Counted from the stretch's first letter, positions 1 to 9,424 are shown. The stretch is DNA of 64,000 nucleotides from Gemmatimonadales bacterium (GCA_030697825.1 JAUYOW010000135.1:8556-72555); one strand, 5' to 3'. Numbers and translations: made by a program. The notes: generated by a model from the letters alone, not told the origin.

Positions 1-1831
1 CGCACCGTTCGCGTTCGCCGGCTCGGGACGTGGTTACTTCGTCCGGTCGGCCGACGCGTACACGCTGGTCGCCGGGGTGAGGAGTGGCGGCGTCCTGCGC
101 GGGCTGGAGGCGGCGCTCACCGAGACGGAGCGGGTGGCGCGGTACGGCTTCACCGCCACGGAGCTGGAGCGGGAGAAGACCGATGTGTTGCGCGGTTACG
201 AGCAGATCTATGCCGAGCGCGAGCGGCGTCAGTCGGCCTCCCACGCCGCCGAGTGCATCCGCCATATTCTCCAGGGCGAGGACATGACCGGCGCCGAAGT
301 CGAGTATCGCATGCACCAGCAGTTCCTGCCCGGGGTCACGCTCGAGGAAGTGAACCGGCTGGCCCGCGAGTGGCTGGTGGACCGGAATCGCGTCGTCCTC
401 GTCAACGCACCAGAGCAGGAGGGCACGTCGATCCCGACGGAGGCCCAGCTCCTGGCGGTGTTCGGCGCCGTGCGGGCGCAGACGATCGAGCCGTACCACG
501 ACTCGACCTCCTCCGCCCCGCTCGTGGCGCACCTGCCGGCGCCCGCGGCGATCGTCTCCGAGCGCCGCATTCCCGAGATCGGCGTCACCGAGTGGAGACT
601 GGCGAACGGGGTGCGGGTGGTGCTCAAGCCGACCGACTTCCAGGCCGACCAGATCCTGCTCTCCGCCAGCAGTCCCGGCGGGACGTCGCTCGCCGCCGAC
701 TCGAACTATGTGTCTGCGTCCTTTGCGACGACGGCCGTCGGCGCCGGCGGAACTGGCGAGTTCAGCGCGATCGACCTTGGCAGGATCCTCACAGGCAAGA
801 TCGCGTCCGCCAACCCCTTCGTCGGGTCCCGGACCGAGGGCATGAGCGGCTCAGCCTCACCGAGGGACGTCGAGACGATGCTCCAGCTCGTCTATCTCCG
901 CTTCACAGCCCCGCGGCGCGACAGCGCGGCGTTCGTCGCATTTCGCCAGACCTTCCAGGCTCAGCTCGCGAACCGGGGAGCGAGTCCCCAAGCGGCGTTC
1001 CAGGACACTATCGGTGTCACGATGAGTCAGCACCACGTCCGGGCCCGGCCGCTTAACGCGGCCGTGCTGGACGAGATCGACCTGGATCGCGCGATGACGT
1101 TCTACCGAGAGCGGTACGCCGACGCGAGCGACTTCACGTTTTTCATCGTCGGCAACTTCTCGGTTGATTCGCTGCGGCCTCTGGTGCAGCGATATCTAGG
1201 CGGGCTTCCCTCGATCAACCGGCACGAAGCGGGTCGGGACGAGGGCATCCGCCCGCCGACCGGCGTCGTGGACAGGGTGGTGCGCCGCGGCGTCGAGCCG
1301 CAGAGCCAGACGTTCCTCTCCTTCACGGGACCGTTTGAGTGGAGCAGGGTCAACCAGTACGTGCTGGGGTCGTTAGGTGAGGTGCTACAGCTGCGCCTGC
1401 TCGATCGCCTGCGGGAGGCGCTCGGCGGCACCTACAGCGTCAGCGCGAACGCCGGCGGCGGCCGGGACGCGCCGCAGCGATATGGGGTCACGATCCGGTT
1501 CGGCAGTGCGCCCGAACGGGTCGAGGAGCTGACCCGGGTGGTGTTCGCGGAAATCCAGGCGATCAGCGACTCCGGCCCGAGCGCGGCCGAGCTCGAGAGG
1601 GTGAAGGAGACGCAGCGGCGCCAGCGCGAGACCGGCTTGCGTCAGAACGCCTTCTGGTTGAGCGTGCTGGGCAGCGCCTATCAGTATGGCGACGACCCGC
1701 GCATCGTGTTGACCTACGACACGCTGGTGAGCGGCCTCACCGCGGCGGCGATCCGCGATGCGGCCCGGCGCTACATCAGGACCGACAACTACGTCCACCT
1801 GACGCTGCTCCCGGAGGCCCCGCACCAGTGA
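1..1831 (+). CDS. M16 (pitrilysin/insulinase) family zinc peptidase, C-terminal portion; 5' end lies upstream of the window
   Basis: The reading frame is open from nt 2 (APFAFAGSGRGYF...) and runs into track ORF 77..1831. The length and sequence style match the non-catalytic C-terminal M16 domains. Family call is by eye only. Confidence 0.75.
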   Translation, partial: APFAFAGSGRGYFVRSADAYTLVAGVRSGGVLRGLEAALTETERVARYGFTATELEREKTDVLRGYEQIYAERERRQSASHAAECIRHILQGEDMTGAEVEYRMHQQFLPGVTLEEVNRLAREWLVDRNRVVLVNAPEQEGTSIPTEAQLLAVFGAVRAQTIEPYHDSTSSAPLVAHLPAPAAIVSERRIPEIGVTEWRLANGVRVVLKPTDFQADQILLSASSPGGTSLAADSNYVSASFATTAVGAGGTGEFSAIDLGRILTGKIASANPFVGSRTEGMSGSASPRDVETMLQLVYLRFTAPRRDSAAFVAFRQTFQAQLANRGASPQAAFQDTIGVTMSQHHVRARPLNAAVLDEIDLDRAMTFYRERYADASDFTFFIVGNFSVDSLRPLVQRYLGGLPSINRHEAGRDEGIRPPTGVVDRVVRRGVEPQSQTFLSFTGPFEWSRVNQYVLGSLGEVLQLRLLDRLREALGGTYSVSANAGGGRDAPQRYGVTIRFGSAPERVEELTRVVFAEIQAISDSGPSAAELERVKETQRRQRETGLRQNAFWLSVLGSAYQYGDDPRIVLTYDTLVSGLTAAAIRDAARRYIRTDNYVHLTLLPEAPHQ

Positions 1832-1998
1832 GCGGGCGGCTTGACTGCGGGCGCATCACGCCTCGGCGCCTCGGTTGGCGGCCGTAGCAAGAATGTGGTT
1901 GAGCGGGCAGCGCAATGCGCTCTGGGCTCGCGTGGTGGGCCGCATGACCCCGCTACGGTGGAGGGGTGTGCAGCGGCTGACTACGCGCTGGTTGGGCT

Positions 1999-2030
1999 GA
2001 CAAACGAAGAGCCCCGCCACCCAGCGGGGC
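1999..2030 (-). terminator. Possible intrinsic terminator read on the minus strand (orphan, no recognised minus-strand gene feeds it)
   Basis: 7-bp stem GCCCCGC (2011-2017) / GCGGGGC (2024-2030) with a 6-nt loop. On the minus strand it is followed by TCTTCGTTTGT. Confidence 0.3.
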
Positions 2031-2180
2031 CGAGCCGCGGTCCTGCCCTGCGAACCAGTCCAGTACCTTGTGAGTTGGAGTTCGTCGTAGAGATCGTGCT
2101 CGGACATCCGGGCCTTTCGGCTTGACGGACCTCGCTTCCGGCCCCACTATCGTCAGCATACCCGACAGGCCAGGTGGGAC

Positions 2181-2675
2181 ATGAACGCGAAGCCGATCCG
2201 GGAAGGCATCTTCTGCGGTATCGTCGGTGCGGCCGCACTCGCTTTGTGGTTCCTGATCGTGGACTTGACGGCGGGACAACCCTTCCGCACTCCGGCGGCG
2301 CTCGGCGCCGGCCTCTTCCGCGGCCTCCGCGCCGCCGACGCGGCCACCATGCCCGGAGGCACCGTCCCGATGATCCTGGGCTACACGGTCTTCCACGTCA
2401 TGGTCTTCATCGTGGCCGGGATAATCCTGGCCCACGTGGTCGCGATGCTCGAGCGCGAGCCGGCGGTCTTCCTGATCGCCTTCTTCGCCCTCTTCGTGTT
2501 CTACGAGTTCAGCTACCTGGTGTTCGCGCTCGCGTTCGTCCAGCGCGTACTTCAGGACGTGAGTTGGCCCGCGCTGCTCGTGGGCAACGGCGTCGCGGCG
2601 GCGTCAATGGGCATGTTCCTCTACCGGCGCCACCCCAAGCTGCACTTCAAGCTCGAGCTCAAACTCAATGCCTGA
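2181..2675 (+). CDS. Hypothetical integral membrane protein (about 4 TM segments)
   Basis: Track ORF of 164 aa with hydrophobic helices (GIVGAAALALWFLIV, VFHVMVFIVAGIILAHVV, FLIAFFALFVFYEF, LLVGNGVAAASMGMFLY). No family recognised. Confidence 0.6.
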   Translation: MNAKPIREGIFCGIVGAAALALWFLIVDLTAGQPFRTPAALGAGLFRGLRAADAATMPGGTVPMILGYTVFHVMVFIVAGIILAHVVAMLEREPAVFLIAFFALFVFYEFSYLVFALAFVQRVLQDVSWPALLVGNGVAAASMGMFLYRRHPKLHFKLELKLNA

Positions 2676-2693
2676 GACGCGTCGCTCGGGTCC

Positions 2694-3023
2694 CTACCGC
2701 TTGGCCATGCAGTCCGGGCAGGGACAGGTCTCGAGCAACCGCTCCCACGGGTAGATGCCGGACGAGTGCCCGTCGCTCCACTGGACGTGCATCGCGTAAG
2801 CTCCGACCAGCTTGATCGCGAGCGCGCGCACCCCCGGCGCAACGGAGCCCGGATCGAGGATCGGGCGGCGGGTCATCTCCTCCACGCACGCGGCGCACTG
2901 ACAGGCGAGGCGCAGCGCCCGCGCCTCATACGTCGCGACGTGCCCGCGCTCCTCCCACTGGATCTCGATCTTCGCCCCGTCGTCGATGCGCTTGACGACG
3001 TAGGGCACCGGGATCGGCTTCAC
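2694..3023 (-). CDS. DUF971 family protein (gamma-butyrobetaine hydroxylase-like N-terminal domain)
   Basis: 109 aa with the typical pattern ...L.I.W.DGH...Y....LR..C.CA.C...: EIQWEERGHVATYEARALRLACQCAACVEE ... HVQWSDGHSSGIYPWERL. GTG start preceded by AGGAG. Confidence 0.7.
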   Translation of the reverse strand: MKPIPVPYVVKRIDDGAKIEIQWEERGHVATYEARALRLACQCAACVEEMTRRPILDPGSVAPGVRALAIKLVGAYAMHVQWSDGHSSGIYPWERLLETCPCPDCMAKR

Positions 3024-3030
3024 GTTTCTC

Positions 3031-3092
3031 CTGTGCGTCTGCGCGTCTGTGCGCCTGTGCGCCTGTGCGTCTGGGCGCCTGTGCGTCTGTCT
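3031..3092. repeat. Tandem octamer array (CTGTGCGY) x7 plus a partial unit, filling the gdh / DUF971 spacer
   Basis: Units in order: ctgtgcgt ctgcgcgt ctgtgcgc ctgtgcgc ctgtgcgt ctgggcgc ctgtgcgt ctgtct. Read directly from the sequence. Confidence 0.9.
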
Positions 3093-3093
3093 T

Positions 3094-4356
3094 CTATGGC
3101 CAGATCCCCCTCAGCTCCGTGACATGCGCCACCCGGTCCAGCGCCACGACGTATGCGGCGGTGCGCGCGTCCACCTTCTTCTCCTTGGCCACGTCGAAGA
3201 CCCGGTGGAAGGCGCTCACCATCTTCTTCTTCAGCTTGCCGTCCACCGTCTCCGCGTCCCACTGCTCGTCCTGGATGTTCTGCACCCACTCGTAGTACGA
3301 CACCGTCACGCCGCCGCCGTTGGCGAGGATGTCGGGCACGACCGGGATGCCACGGCGCTGCAGGATCTCGTCGGCGGCGGGCGTGGTCGGCCCGTTGGCG
3401 GCCTCGGCGACCAGCCTGGCGCGGACCTTCTCGGCGTTCTGCGACGTGATCTGGTTCTCGAGCGCGGCGGGGATCAAGACGTCACACTCCAGCTCGAGCA
3501 GCTCCGCGTTGCTGACGGGCGACGTGCCGGGGAAGCCGGCCACACTCCCGGTTTTCGCCTTGTGCGCGAGCAGCGCCGCCGGGTCGAATCCCCCGGGCGA
3601 CGCGACGCCGCCGCTCGAGTCGCTCGCGGCGACGATCTTCGCCCCCCCCTGGTGCGCGATGATCGCCGCGAACGAGCCGGCGTTGCCGAACCCTTGCACT
3701 GCGACGCGCGCGCCCGAGAGCGCGCGCACCCCGTCCACCAGCCCGCGCCCGATCGCCTCCTCGACGCAGAAGATGCAGCCCCGCGCCGTGGCGGTGGCCC
3801 GGCCGTGAGAGCCCCCCAGTTCGAGCGGCTTGCCCGTCACGACCGGCAGGTTGTTCTGGCCTTTGTGCATCATGTCGTAAGTGTCGAAGATCCACGCCAT
3901 GGTGGTGGCGTCGGTGTAGACGTCGGGCGCGGGGATGTCCACCGTCGGGCCGATTGCGTTGCCGATCTGGGTGACGAACCGGCGGGTGATGCCGCGCTTC
4001 TCGTCCACGGAAAGGCGCTTGCCGTCGCACACCACCCCGCCCTTCGCACCCCCGAAGGGGATGTCCATCACGGCGGTCTTCCACGTCATCCACGCCGCCA
4101 GCGCCTTCACCTCGTCCTCAGTGACGTCCGGGTGATAGCGGATACCACCCTTGAACGGGCCACGGGCGTTGTTGTGCTGCACCCGGTAGCCGGTGAAGAC
4201 GCGCATCGAGCCATCGTCCATCTTGACGGGGAAGTCGATGCGGATCGTGCGCTCCGGCCGGCGCAGGTTTTCCAGCAGGCCTTCGCTCGCCCGCACGTGC
4301 CGTGCGGCGCGCGTGAATTGCTCCTGGGCGATGTGGAAGGGGTTGAGGTCTTCCAT
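3094..4356 (-). CDS. gdh: Glutamate dehydrogenase (Glu/Leu/Phe/Val dehydrogenase family)
   Basis: 420 aa. Catalytic-lysine motif PFGGAKGGV, Rossmann motif VAVQGFGNAGS, and a typical C-terminus YYEWVQN. Confidence 0.9.
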   Translation of the reverse strand: MEDLNPFHIAQEQFTRAARHVRASEGLLENLRRPERTIRIDFPVKMDDGSMRVFTGYRVQHNNARGPFKGGIRYHPDVTEDEVKALAAWMTWKTAVMDIPFGGAKGGVVCDGKRLSVDEKRGITRRFVTQIGNAIGPTVDIPAPDVYTDATTMAWIFDTYDMMHKGQNNLPVVTGKPLELGGSHGRATATARGCIFCVEEAIGRGLVDGVRALSGARVAVQGFGNAGSFAAIIAHQGGAKIVAASDSSGGVASPGGFDPAALLAHKAKTGSVAGFPGTSPVSNAELLELECDVLIPAALENQITSQNAEKVRARLVAEAANGPTTPAADEILQRRGIPVVPDILANGGGVTVSYYEWVQNIQDEQWDAETVDGKLKKKMVSAFHRVFDVAKEKKVDARTAAYVVALDRVAHVTELRGIWP

Positions 4357-4423
4357 GAAACGCTCCCGCCGCTCCGAGGGGAGCGGAGAGACTATCCCGC
4401 CGGGGAGCGAAGCGCCAGGCTGG

Positions 4424-5257
4424 CTAGCGCGGAACGGCCGCGATGATGCGGAGCGGCGCCCCGCTGCCCCCGCCGATCTTCATCGGCAGCGCGATGACGT
4501 ACGCGCCGATGTGCGGCAGAGCGTCGAGCGTGCCGAGGTTCTCGAAGGCGGGGATGTCGGCCGCGAACAGGATGCGGTGACTCTGGTAGTCTCGCGACTG
4601 GCCGCGGTCGATGCTTGGCGTGTCGAGGCCTATCGCCGAGATGTGGCGCTCGCGGACCAGCCAGCGCGCGGCGTCGGGATCGAGGCCCGGGAAGTGCAGC
4701 TCCGGCACGGCCGCGGGTCCGGTCTTGGGGGTGCCGAGGTAACGGCGCCGTTCGTTCCAGTATTGCGCCCACCCGGTCCTGAGGAGGACGATGGCGCCGT
4801 CCTCGATGCGCCCATACCCGGCCTCCCAGCGCTGAAGATCCTTCACCGACACGAGGTAGTCGGGGTTCCACCCGGCCGAATCCCGCACGTCCACCACGGC
4901 CGCCGGACCGATGAGCTGCCGGACCGGGATGGCATCAGCCGCTCGGCGTCCCTCGGCGAAATGGATCGGGGCGTCGAGGTGGGTCCCGCCATGCTCCGCG
5001 GCGGAAAAGTTGTTCGCCGAGTAGTAGTACCCACCCGGCGTCTGACCCGCCGCCACCACCTCGAGCGTGAACGGCTTGGCAGTCGGCCAGTAGATGGTCT
5101 GGCTGGAGAAGGAGTGGGTGAGGTCGATCCACTGCATGCCGTTCCCGAACACCTGTCGGGCGGCGGCGCCATTCGACGGTGGCTTCTGGCAGGCGCCGAG
5201 CAAGAGAAGCGGCGCGAGGACGGGAATCGCGAGTCGGTTGGTCGCCATAGGCGCCAC
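4424..5257 (-). CDS. Cyclase family protein (kynurenine formamidase-like), lipoprotein-type signal
   Basis: 277 aa. N-terminal signal ...LLLLGAC, then the HGGTHLDAP motif and ...GLDTPSID..., which are characteristic of the putative cyclase family. Confidence 0.7.
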   Translation of the reverse strand: MAPMATNRLAIPVLAPLLLLGACQKPPSNGAAARQVFGNGMQWIDLTHSFSSQTIYWPTAKPFTLEVVAAGQTPGGYYYSANNFSAAEHGGTHLDAPIHFAEGRRAADAIPVRQLIGPAAVVDVRDSAGWNPDYLVSVKDLQRWEAGYGRIEDGAIVLLRTGWAQYWNERRRYLGTPKTGPAAVPELHFPGLDPDAARWLVRERHISAIGLDTPSIDRGQSRDYQSHRILFAADIPAFENLGTLDALPHIGAYVIALPMKIGGGSGAPLRIIAAVPR

Positions 5258-5344
5258 GTTATAGCACCCGACGCGCCAATCCGCTACCTGGACCGCCGGC
5301 CCGCAAACGCACCAACGCGCTGGCGCGCTGGCCCGTGCGCTCCA

Positions 5345-6133
5345 TCAAAGGCCCCACAACCCGCCACCCATTCTCCGAATCCTCCTGAGGTTCAAGCTCG
5401 TTCTATGTTGAACGGCCATCAACGGCCCCACCACCCGCCACACATTCTCCGCCACGATCCGGTGCCCCGCCGGCGTCGGGTGGATCCCATCGGCCTGATT
5501 GAGCGAGTCCACCCCGCCCACCCCTTCGAGCAGGAACGGGATCAGTGGCAAATGCTCGCTCCGCGCGAGGTCCCGGAAGAGCGCACGGAAAGCGGACGCG
5601 TACCGAGGGCCGAGGTTCGGGGGTACTTCCATGCCGGCCAGCACTATCGTCATGGTGGAGTCGTAGACGCGGGCCCGCGCGATGATCGCCTCGAGGTTGG
5701 CTCGCGTCGAGTCCACGCCCTGCCCCCGGAGCCCGTCGTTGGCGCCCGTCTCGATGACGAGCACCCGGATCGGTCCCTGAAGCAGCCAATCGAGCCGGCG
5801 GCGTGCGCCCGCGGACGTCTCCCCCGAAAGGCCGGCGTTGACCACGCGCCAGCCGAGGCCGAGGCTGTCGAGACGGCGCTGGACGACCGCGGGATAGGCG
5901 GAGTCGGGATCGACGCCGAGACCGGCGGTGAGGCTCGTCCCGAGGAACAGCAGGATCGGGGCATCGGCGGGCAAGCGCGAGGAGAGACCTCCCGCGCGAG
6001 GGACGGCGCCGGGCGTACCGTCCGACGACCCGGGCGCGGGAGCTTGCTCCGACCGCGCGCACGCCGCCAGGAGGAACATCATCGCCGAGGCGTGTATCAT
6101 TCGGGCCATGCTCATCGCGAACGACCTCACCAA
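5345..6133 (-). CDS. SGNH/GDSL hydrolase, TesA-like arylesterase / acyl-CoA thioesterase I; start uncertain (6133, 6115, 6109 or 6100)
   Basis: SGNH blocks are present: FLGTSLTAG (block I), NAGLSGETS (II), ETGANDG (III), DGIHPT (V). It lies divergent to an ybbA/ybbP-like ABC pair, as in the E. coli tesA-ybbA-ybbP arrangement. Confidence 0.75.
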   Translation of the reverse strand: MVRSFAMSMARMIHASAMMFLLAACARSEQAPAPGSSDGTPGAVPRAGGLSSRLPADAPILLFLGTSLTAGLGVDPDSAYPAVVQRRLDSLGLGWRVVNAGLSGETSAGARRRLDWLLQGPIRVLVIETGANDGLRGQGVDSTRANLEAIIARARVYDSTMTIVLAGMEVPPNLGPRYASAFRALFRDLARSEHLPLIPFLLEGVGGVDSLNQADGIHPTPAGHRIVAENVWRVVGPLMAVQHRTSLNLRRIRRMGGGLWGL

Positions 6134-6803
6134 GATCTACCAGAGCGGCGGCCGGCCGCTCACCGTCCTCAAGGAAGTTAGCCTGGCCGTCGAGCCCGGT
6201 GGATTCCTCGCGGTCGTGGGGCCTTCGGGGTGCGGCAAGACCACCCTTCTCGGCCTCCTGGCCGGCCTCGACGTGCCGTCCTCGGGAACGGTGCGGCTCG
6301 ATGGCCAGGACCTCCACGCGCTCGGAGAGGACCAGCGGGCACGATTGCGGGGAGAAAAGGTCGGCTTCGTCTTCCAGACGTTCCAGTTGATACCGACGCT
6401 CACGGCCCAGGAGAACGTCCAGGTCCCGATAGAGCTGGGGAGCAGACGCGCCGACGCACCTGCGCGCAGGAACGGCGCTTCCGAGCGGGCGCGCGACTTG
6501 CTCGAGCGGGTCGGGCTCGGCGGCCGTGAGCACCACTACCCCGCCCAGCTCTCCGGCGGCGAGCAGCAGCGCGTCGCCATCGCCCGCGCCTTCGCCAACC
6601 AGCCCCGCATCCTCTTCGCCGACGAGCCGACCGGCAACCTCGACGCCGCCACCGGCTCGCGGGTCATCGAGCTGCTCGTCGAGTTGAACCGCGAGCGGGG
6701 CACCACGCTGGTCCTCGTCACCCACGACGCCGACCTCGCGGCCCGCGCGAAGACCACCCTGCACCTCAGGGACGGCGCGGTCGTGCCAGCCGGGTCGCGG
6801 TGA
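6108..6803 (+). CDS. ABC transporter ATP-binding protein (YbbA/LolD-like)
   Basis: Track ORF 5928..6803 trimmed to ATG 6108 (MLIANDLTKIYQSGG...). Walker A GPSGCGKTT, signature LSGGEQQR, Walker B ILFADEPT. Confidence 0.85.
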   Translation: MLIANDLTKIYQSGGRPLTVLKEVSLAVEPGGFLAVVGPSGCGKTTLLGLLAGLDVPSSGTVRLDGQDLHALGEDQRARLRGEKVGFVFQTFQLIPTLTAQENVQVPIELGSRRADAPARRNGASERARDLLERVGLGGREHHYPAQLSGGEQQRVAIARAFANQPRILFADEPTGNLDAATGSRVIELLVELNRERGTTLVLVTHDADLAARAKTTLHLRDGAVVPAGSR

Positions 6804-9373
6804 GGAAACTCCGCTTCGTGCTCGCGCTCGCCTGGCGCGAGAGCCGTGCCTCGCGCCGCCGACTCCTCCTCTTCGCCTCCGCCATCTCGCTCGGCGTCGG
6901 CGCACTCGTGGCCATCGGCTCGTTCACGGCGAACCTCGAGCGCGGAGTGCGCTCCCAGGCGCGCGAGCTCCTCGGCGCCGACCTCGAGCTGGGCAGCAGC
7001 CGGCCGTTCTCGCGGAACCTCGAGGCCGTCCTCGACTCCGTTACCCGCGCCGGCGCGCGCGTCGCGCGCCGATCCAGTTTCTCGTCCATGGCGTACGTGA
7101 GGCGCACCGAAGGGATCCGCCTCGTCGACGTCCGAGCGGTGGGCCCGGGCTTCCCGTTCTACGGTGACGTCGTGACGAGCCCCGCGGGCCGCTGGCGCGC
7201 GCTCGACACCGCGCGCGTGGCGATCGTGGACACCAGCCTCCTGGTCGCGCTGAACGCGCACGTCGGTGACACGCTCGAGATCGGCAGCGCTCAGTTCCCG
7301 ATCGCCGGCGTCGTTTCCGAGGTGCCAGGCCATGTCACCGGCGGACTGAACGCCTTCGGCACGCAGGTCTACATCCCCATCCGACACGTCCCCGCCACCC
7401 GCCTGATCGTCTTCGGCAGCCGGGTGCGGAACCACGCCCTGATCAAATTCGCCGACCCGCGGGACGTGCGACGCCTGATCATCCGCCATCGCGCGCTCTT
7501 CAACCGCGAGCGCGTCGGTGCGCAGACCGCGGACGAAACCCAGTCCGAGATCACGGGCGTCCTCGACAACCTCTCGACCTTTCTACAGTTCGTGGGGCTG
7601 ATCGCGCTACTCCTGGGCGGCATCGGCGTGGCGAGCGGCGTCGGCGCGTTCGTCGCCGGCAAGATCGATACCGTCGCGACGCTCCGCTGCCTGGGCGCCG
7701 GCCGGCCGCTGGTCTTCGCGGTCTACCTCACCCAGGCCGCCGTGCTCGGCCTCATCGCCGCGACCGCGGGGGCCGGCCTCGGGGTCGGTACGCAACTCAT
7801 GCTCCCGTGGCTGCTCCGGGACCTCCTCCCGGCGAACGTGCGGTTCCGCCTGGAGCCGGACGTCGTACTCGGCGGGATCGGGGTCGGGGTCGCGGTCGCC
7901 GTGCTCTTCGCGCTGCGCCCGCTCCTTGAAGTGCGCCTGGTGTCCCCGCTCCAGGCGATCCGCCGTGCCTATGAGACCGCCCCGGTGCGCGCGCGGGATC
8001 CATGGCGCCTTGCGGCCCAGGGCTTGGTCGCCATCGGCGTGCTCGCGCTATGCATGTACCGCAACGACGAACCTCGGGTCGGGCTGGGGTTCGCGGTCGC
8101 CATCGGGCTCTCCGTGGGGATCCTCGCACTGTCCGCGCGCGGCGCGGTCGCGCTCGCCCGCCGCGTCACCCGCGGGCCGCGGTTCCGCGCCAGCTGGCCA
8201 TACGTCGTCCGCCAGGGGCTCGCCAACCTCCACCGGCCGCGCAACCAGACCCAAAGCGTCGTGATCGCGCTCGGCTTCGGCGTGGGACTGCTGTCGGCGC
8301 TTTACCTGGTGCAGGCCAACCTCATGAGCTTCGTGCGCGCCAGCACCGCCGCGGTGCACGGCCGCCCTAACCTCGTCTTCATCGACATTCAGAACGACCA
8401 GGACTCGGGCGTGAGGAGCCTGGTGCGCGACGCCGGCGCCCCGCTGCTCCAGGTCGTGCCCATCGTGCCGATGAAGATCGCGGCGGTCAACGGCCGGTCG
8501 AAGGAAGACCTGCTCAAGGACACTTCCCGTGCGGCGCCCCGGTCGTGGACGCTGCGGCGCGAGTACCGCTCGACCTACCGCGACAGCGGTGTGGCATCCG
8601 AAAGACTGGTGCGCGGCGCTTGGTGGACCGGCCGCGGCGAGGCCGCGCCGGGAATGCCCTTCCCCGTCTCGCTCTCCACCGACCTCGCCACCGACCTCCA
8701 CGTCGGCGTCGGCGATGCGATCACTTGGGACGTCAGCGGCGTGACGGTCCAGACCCGGGTGGTGGGGCTGCGGGAGGTGGACTGGGCGCGCTTCGAGACC
8801 AACTTCTTCGCGGTCCTGAGCACGGCGGCGCTCGAGCGAGCGCCCCGGTCGTACGTGGTCCTCACGCGGATGGACGACGCTGGGGCGCGGGCCCGGCTCC
8901 AGCGTGCCGTCAGCGAGCGGTTCCCCAACGTCACCAGCTACGACGTGGCGCTCCTCCAGCGCACGGTGGAGCGGATCCTGAGCCGCGTCGCCCTCGCGAT
9001 CCGCTTCATGGCGGTGCTGAGCCTGGGCACCGGCGCGCTGGTGCTGCTGGGCGCCGTCGCCGCGGGACGGCTCGAGCGCATCCGTGAGGGCGCGCTGCTC
9101 AAGGCCCTGGGCGCCACTCGCCTCCAGATCGAGCGCATCTTCCTCGCCGAGTACCTGGCGCTCGGGGCCCTGGCCGCACTGGTCGGGATCGGCCTGGCGA
9201 GTGGGGGGGGGTGGGCCTTCACGCACTACGTGCTCGAGCTGCGCTTCTCCGTCCCCGCCCCCGCGATGTTCGCGGTCTTCGGAGTCACCACCCTGCTCGT
9301 GACGGTCGTGGGGATGACGGCCAGCCGAGAGGTATTCCGGAGGACCGCCATGGAGGTGCTGAGGGATGTCTAG
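6800..9373 (+). CDS. FtsX-like ABC transporter permease (YbbP-like, duplicated FtsX domains)
   Basis: 857 aa. 4-nt overlap with the upstream ATPase gene. Multiple TM clusters are separated by large soluble loops, as in YbbP/MacB-type permeases. Confidence 0.8.
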   Translation: MRKLRFVLALAWRESRASRRRLLLFASAISLGVGALVAIGSFTANLERGVRSQARELLGADLELGSSRPFSRNLEAVLDSVTRAGARVARRSSFSSMAYVRRTEGIRLVDVRAVGPGFPFYGDVVTSPAGRWRALDTARVAIVDTSLLVALNAHVGDTLEIGSAQFPIAGVVSEVPGHVTGGLNAFGTQVYIPIRHVPATRLIVFGSRVRNHALIKFADPRDVRRLIIRHRALFNRERVGAQTADETQSEITGVLDNLSTFLQFVGLIALLLGGIGVASGVGAFVAGKIDTVATLRCLGAGRPLVFAVYLTQAAVLGLIAATAGAGLGVGTQLMLPWLLRDLLPANVRFRLEPDVVLGGIGVGVAVAVLFALRPLLEVRLVSPLQAIRRAYETAPVRARDPWRLAAQGLVAIGVLALCMYRNDEPRVGLGFAVAIGLSVGILALSARGAVALARRVTRGPRFRASWPYVVRQGLANLHRPRNQTQSVVIALGFGVGLLSALYLVQANLMSFVRASTAAVHGRPNLVFIDIQNDQDSGVRSLVRDAGAPLLQVVPIVPMKIAAVNGRSKEDLLKDTSRAAPRSWTLRREYRSTYRDSGVASERLVRGAWWTGRGEAAPGMPFPVSLSTDLATDLHVGVGDAITWDVSGVTVQTRVVGLREVDWARFETNFFAVLSTAALERAPRSYVVLTRMDDAGARARLQRAVSERFPNVTSYDVALLQRTVERILSRVALAIRFMAVLSLGTGALVLLGAVAAGRLERIREGALLKALGATRLQIERIFLAEYLALGALAALVGIGLASGGGWAFTHYVLELRFSVPAPAMFAVFGVTTLLVTVVGMTASREVFRRTAMEVLRDV

Positions 9374-9377
9374 GAAC

Positions 9378-9403
9378 GGGGGTGTAGGGTGTAGGGTGTT
9401 GGG
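9378..9403 (+). repeat. GGGTGTA-type heptad repeat forming a canonical G-quadruplex motif (G5-TGTA-G3-TGTA-G3-TGTT-G3)
   Basis: Read directly: gggggtgtagggtgtagggtgttggg, 5 nt after the permease stop codon. Confidence 0.85.
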
Positions 9404-9424
9404 TGGTGGCGCGCGCGGGGCAGG

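Noticed and set aside
1856-2107. 83-aa minus-strand ORF in the 1.8-2.2 kb gap
   Set aside because: A terminator-like hairpin lies inside it, and most of the translation is low-complexity. It was kept only as a possible sRNA or gene-remnant locus in the findings.
4193-6181. 662-aa + strand ORF and the 500-aa minus-strand ORF 5403..6905
   Set aside because: They overlap the cyclase, TesA-like and ABC ATPase genes in other frames or on the other strand. Their translations are Arg/Gly/Pro-rich and match no family.
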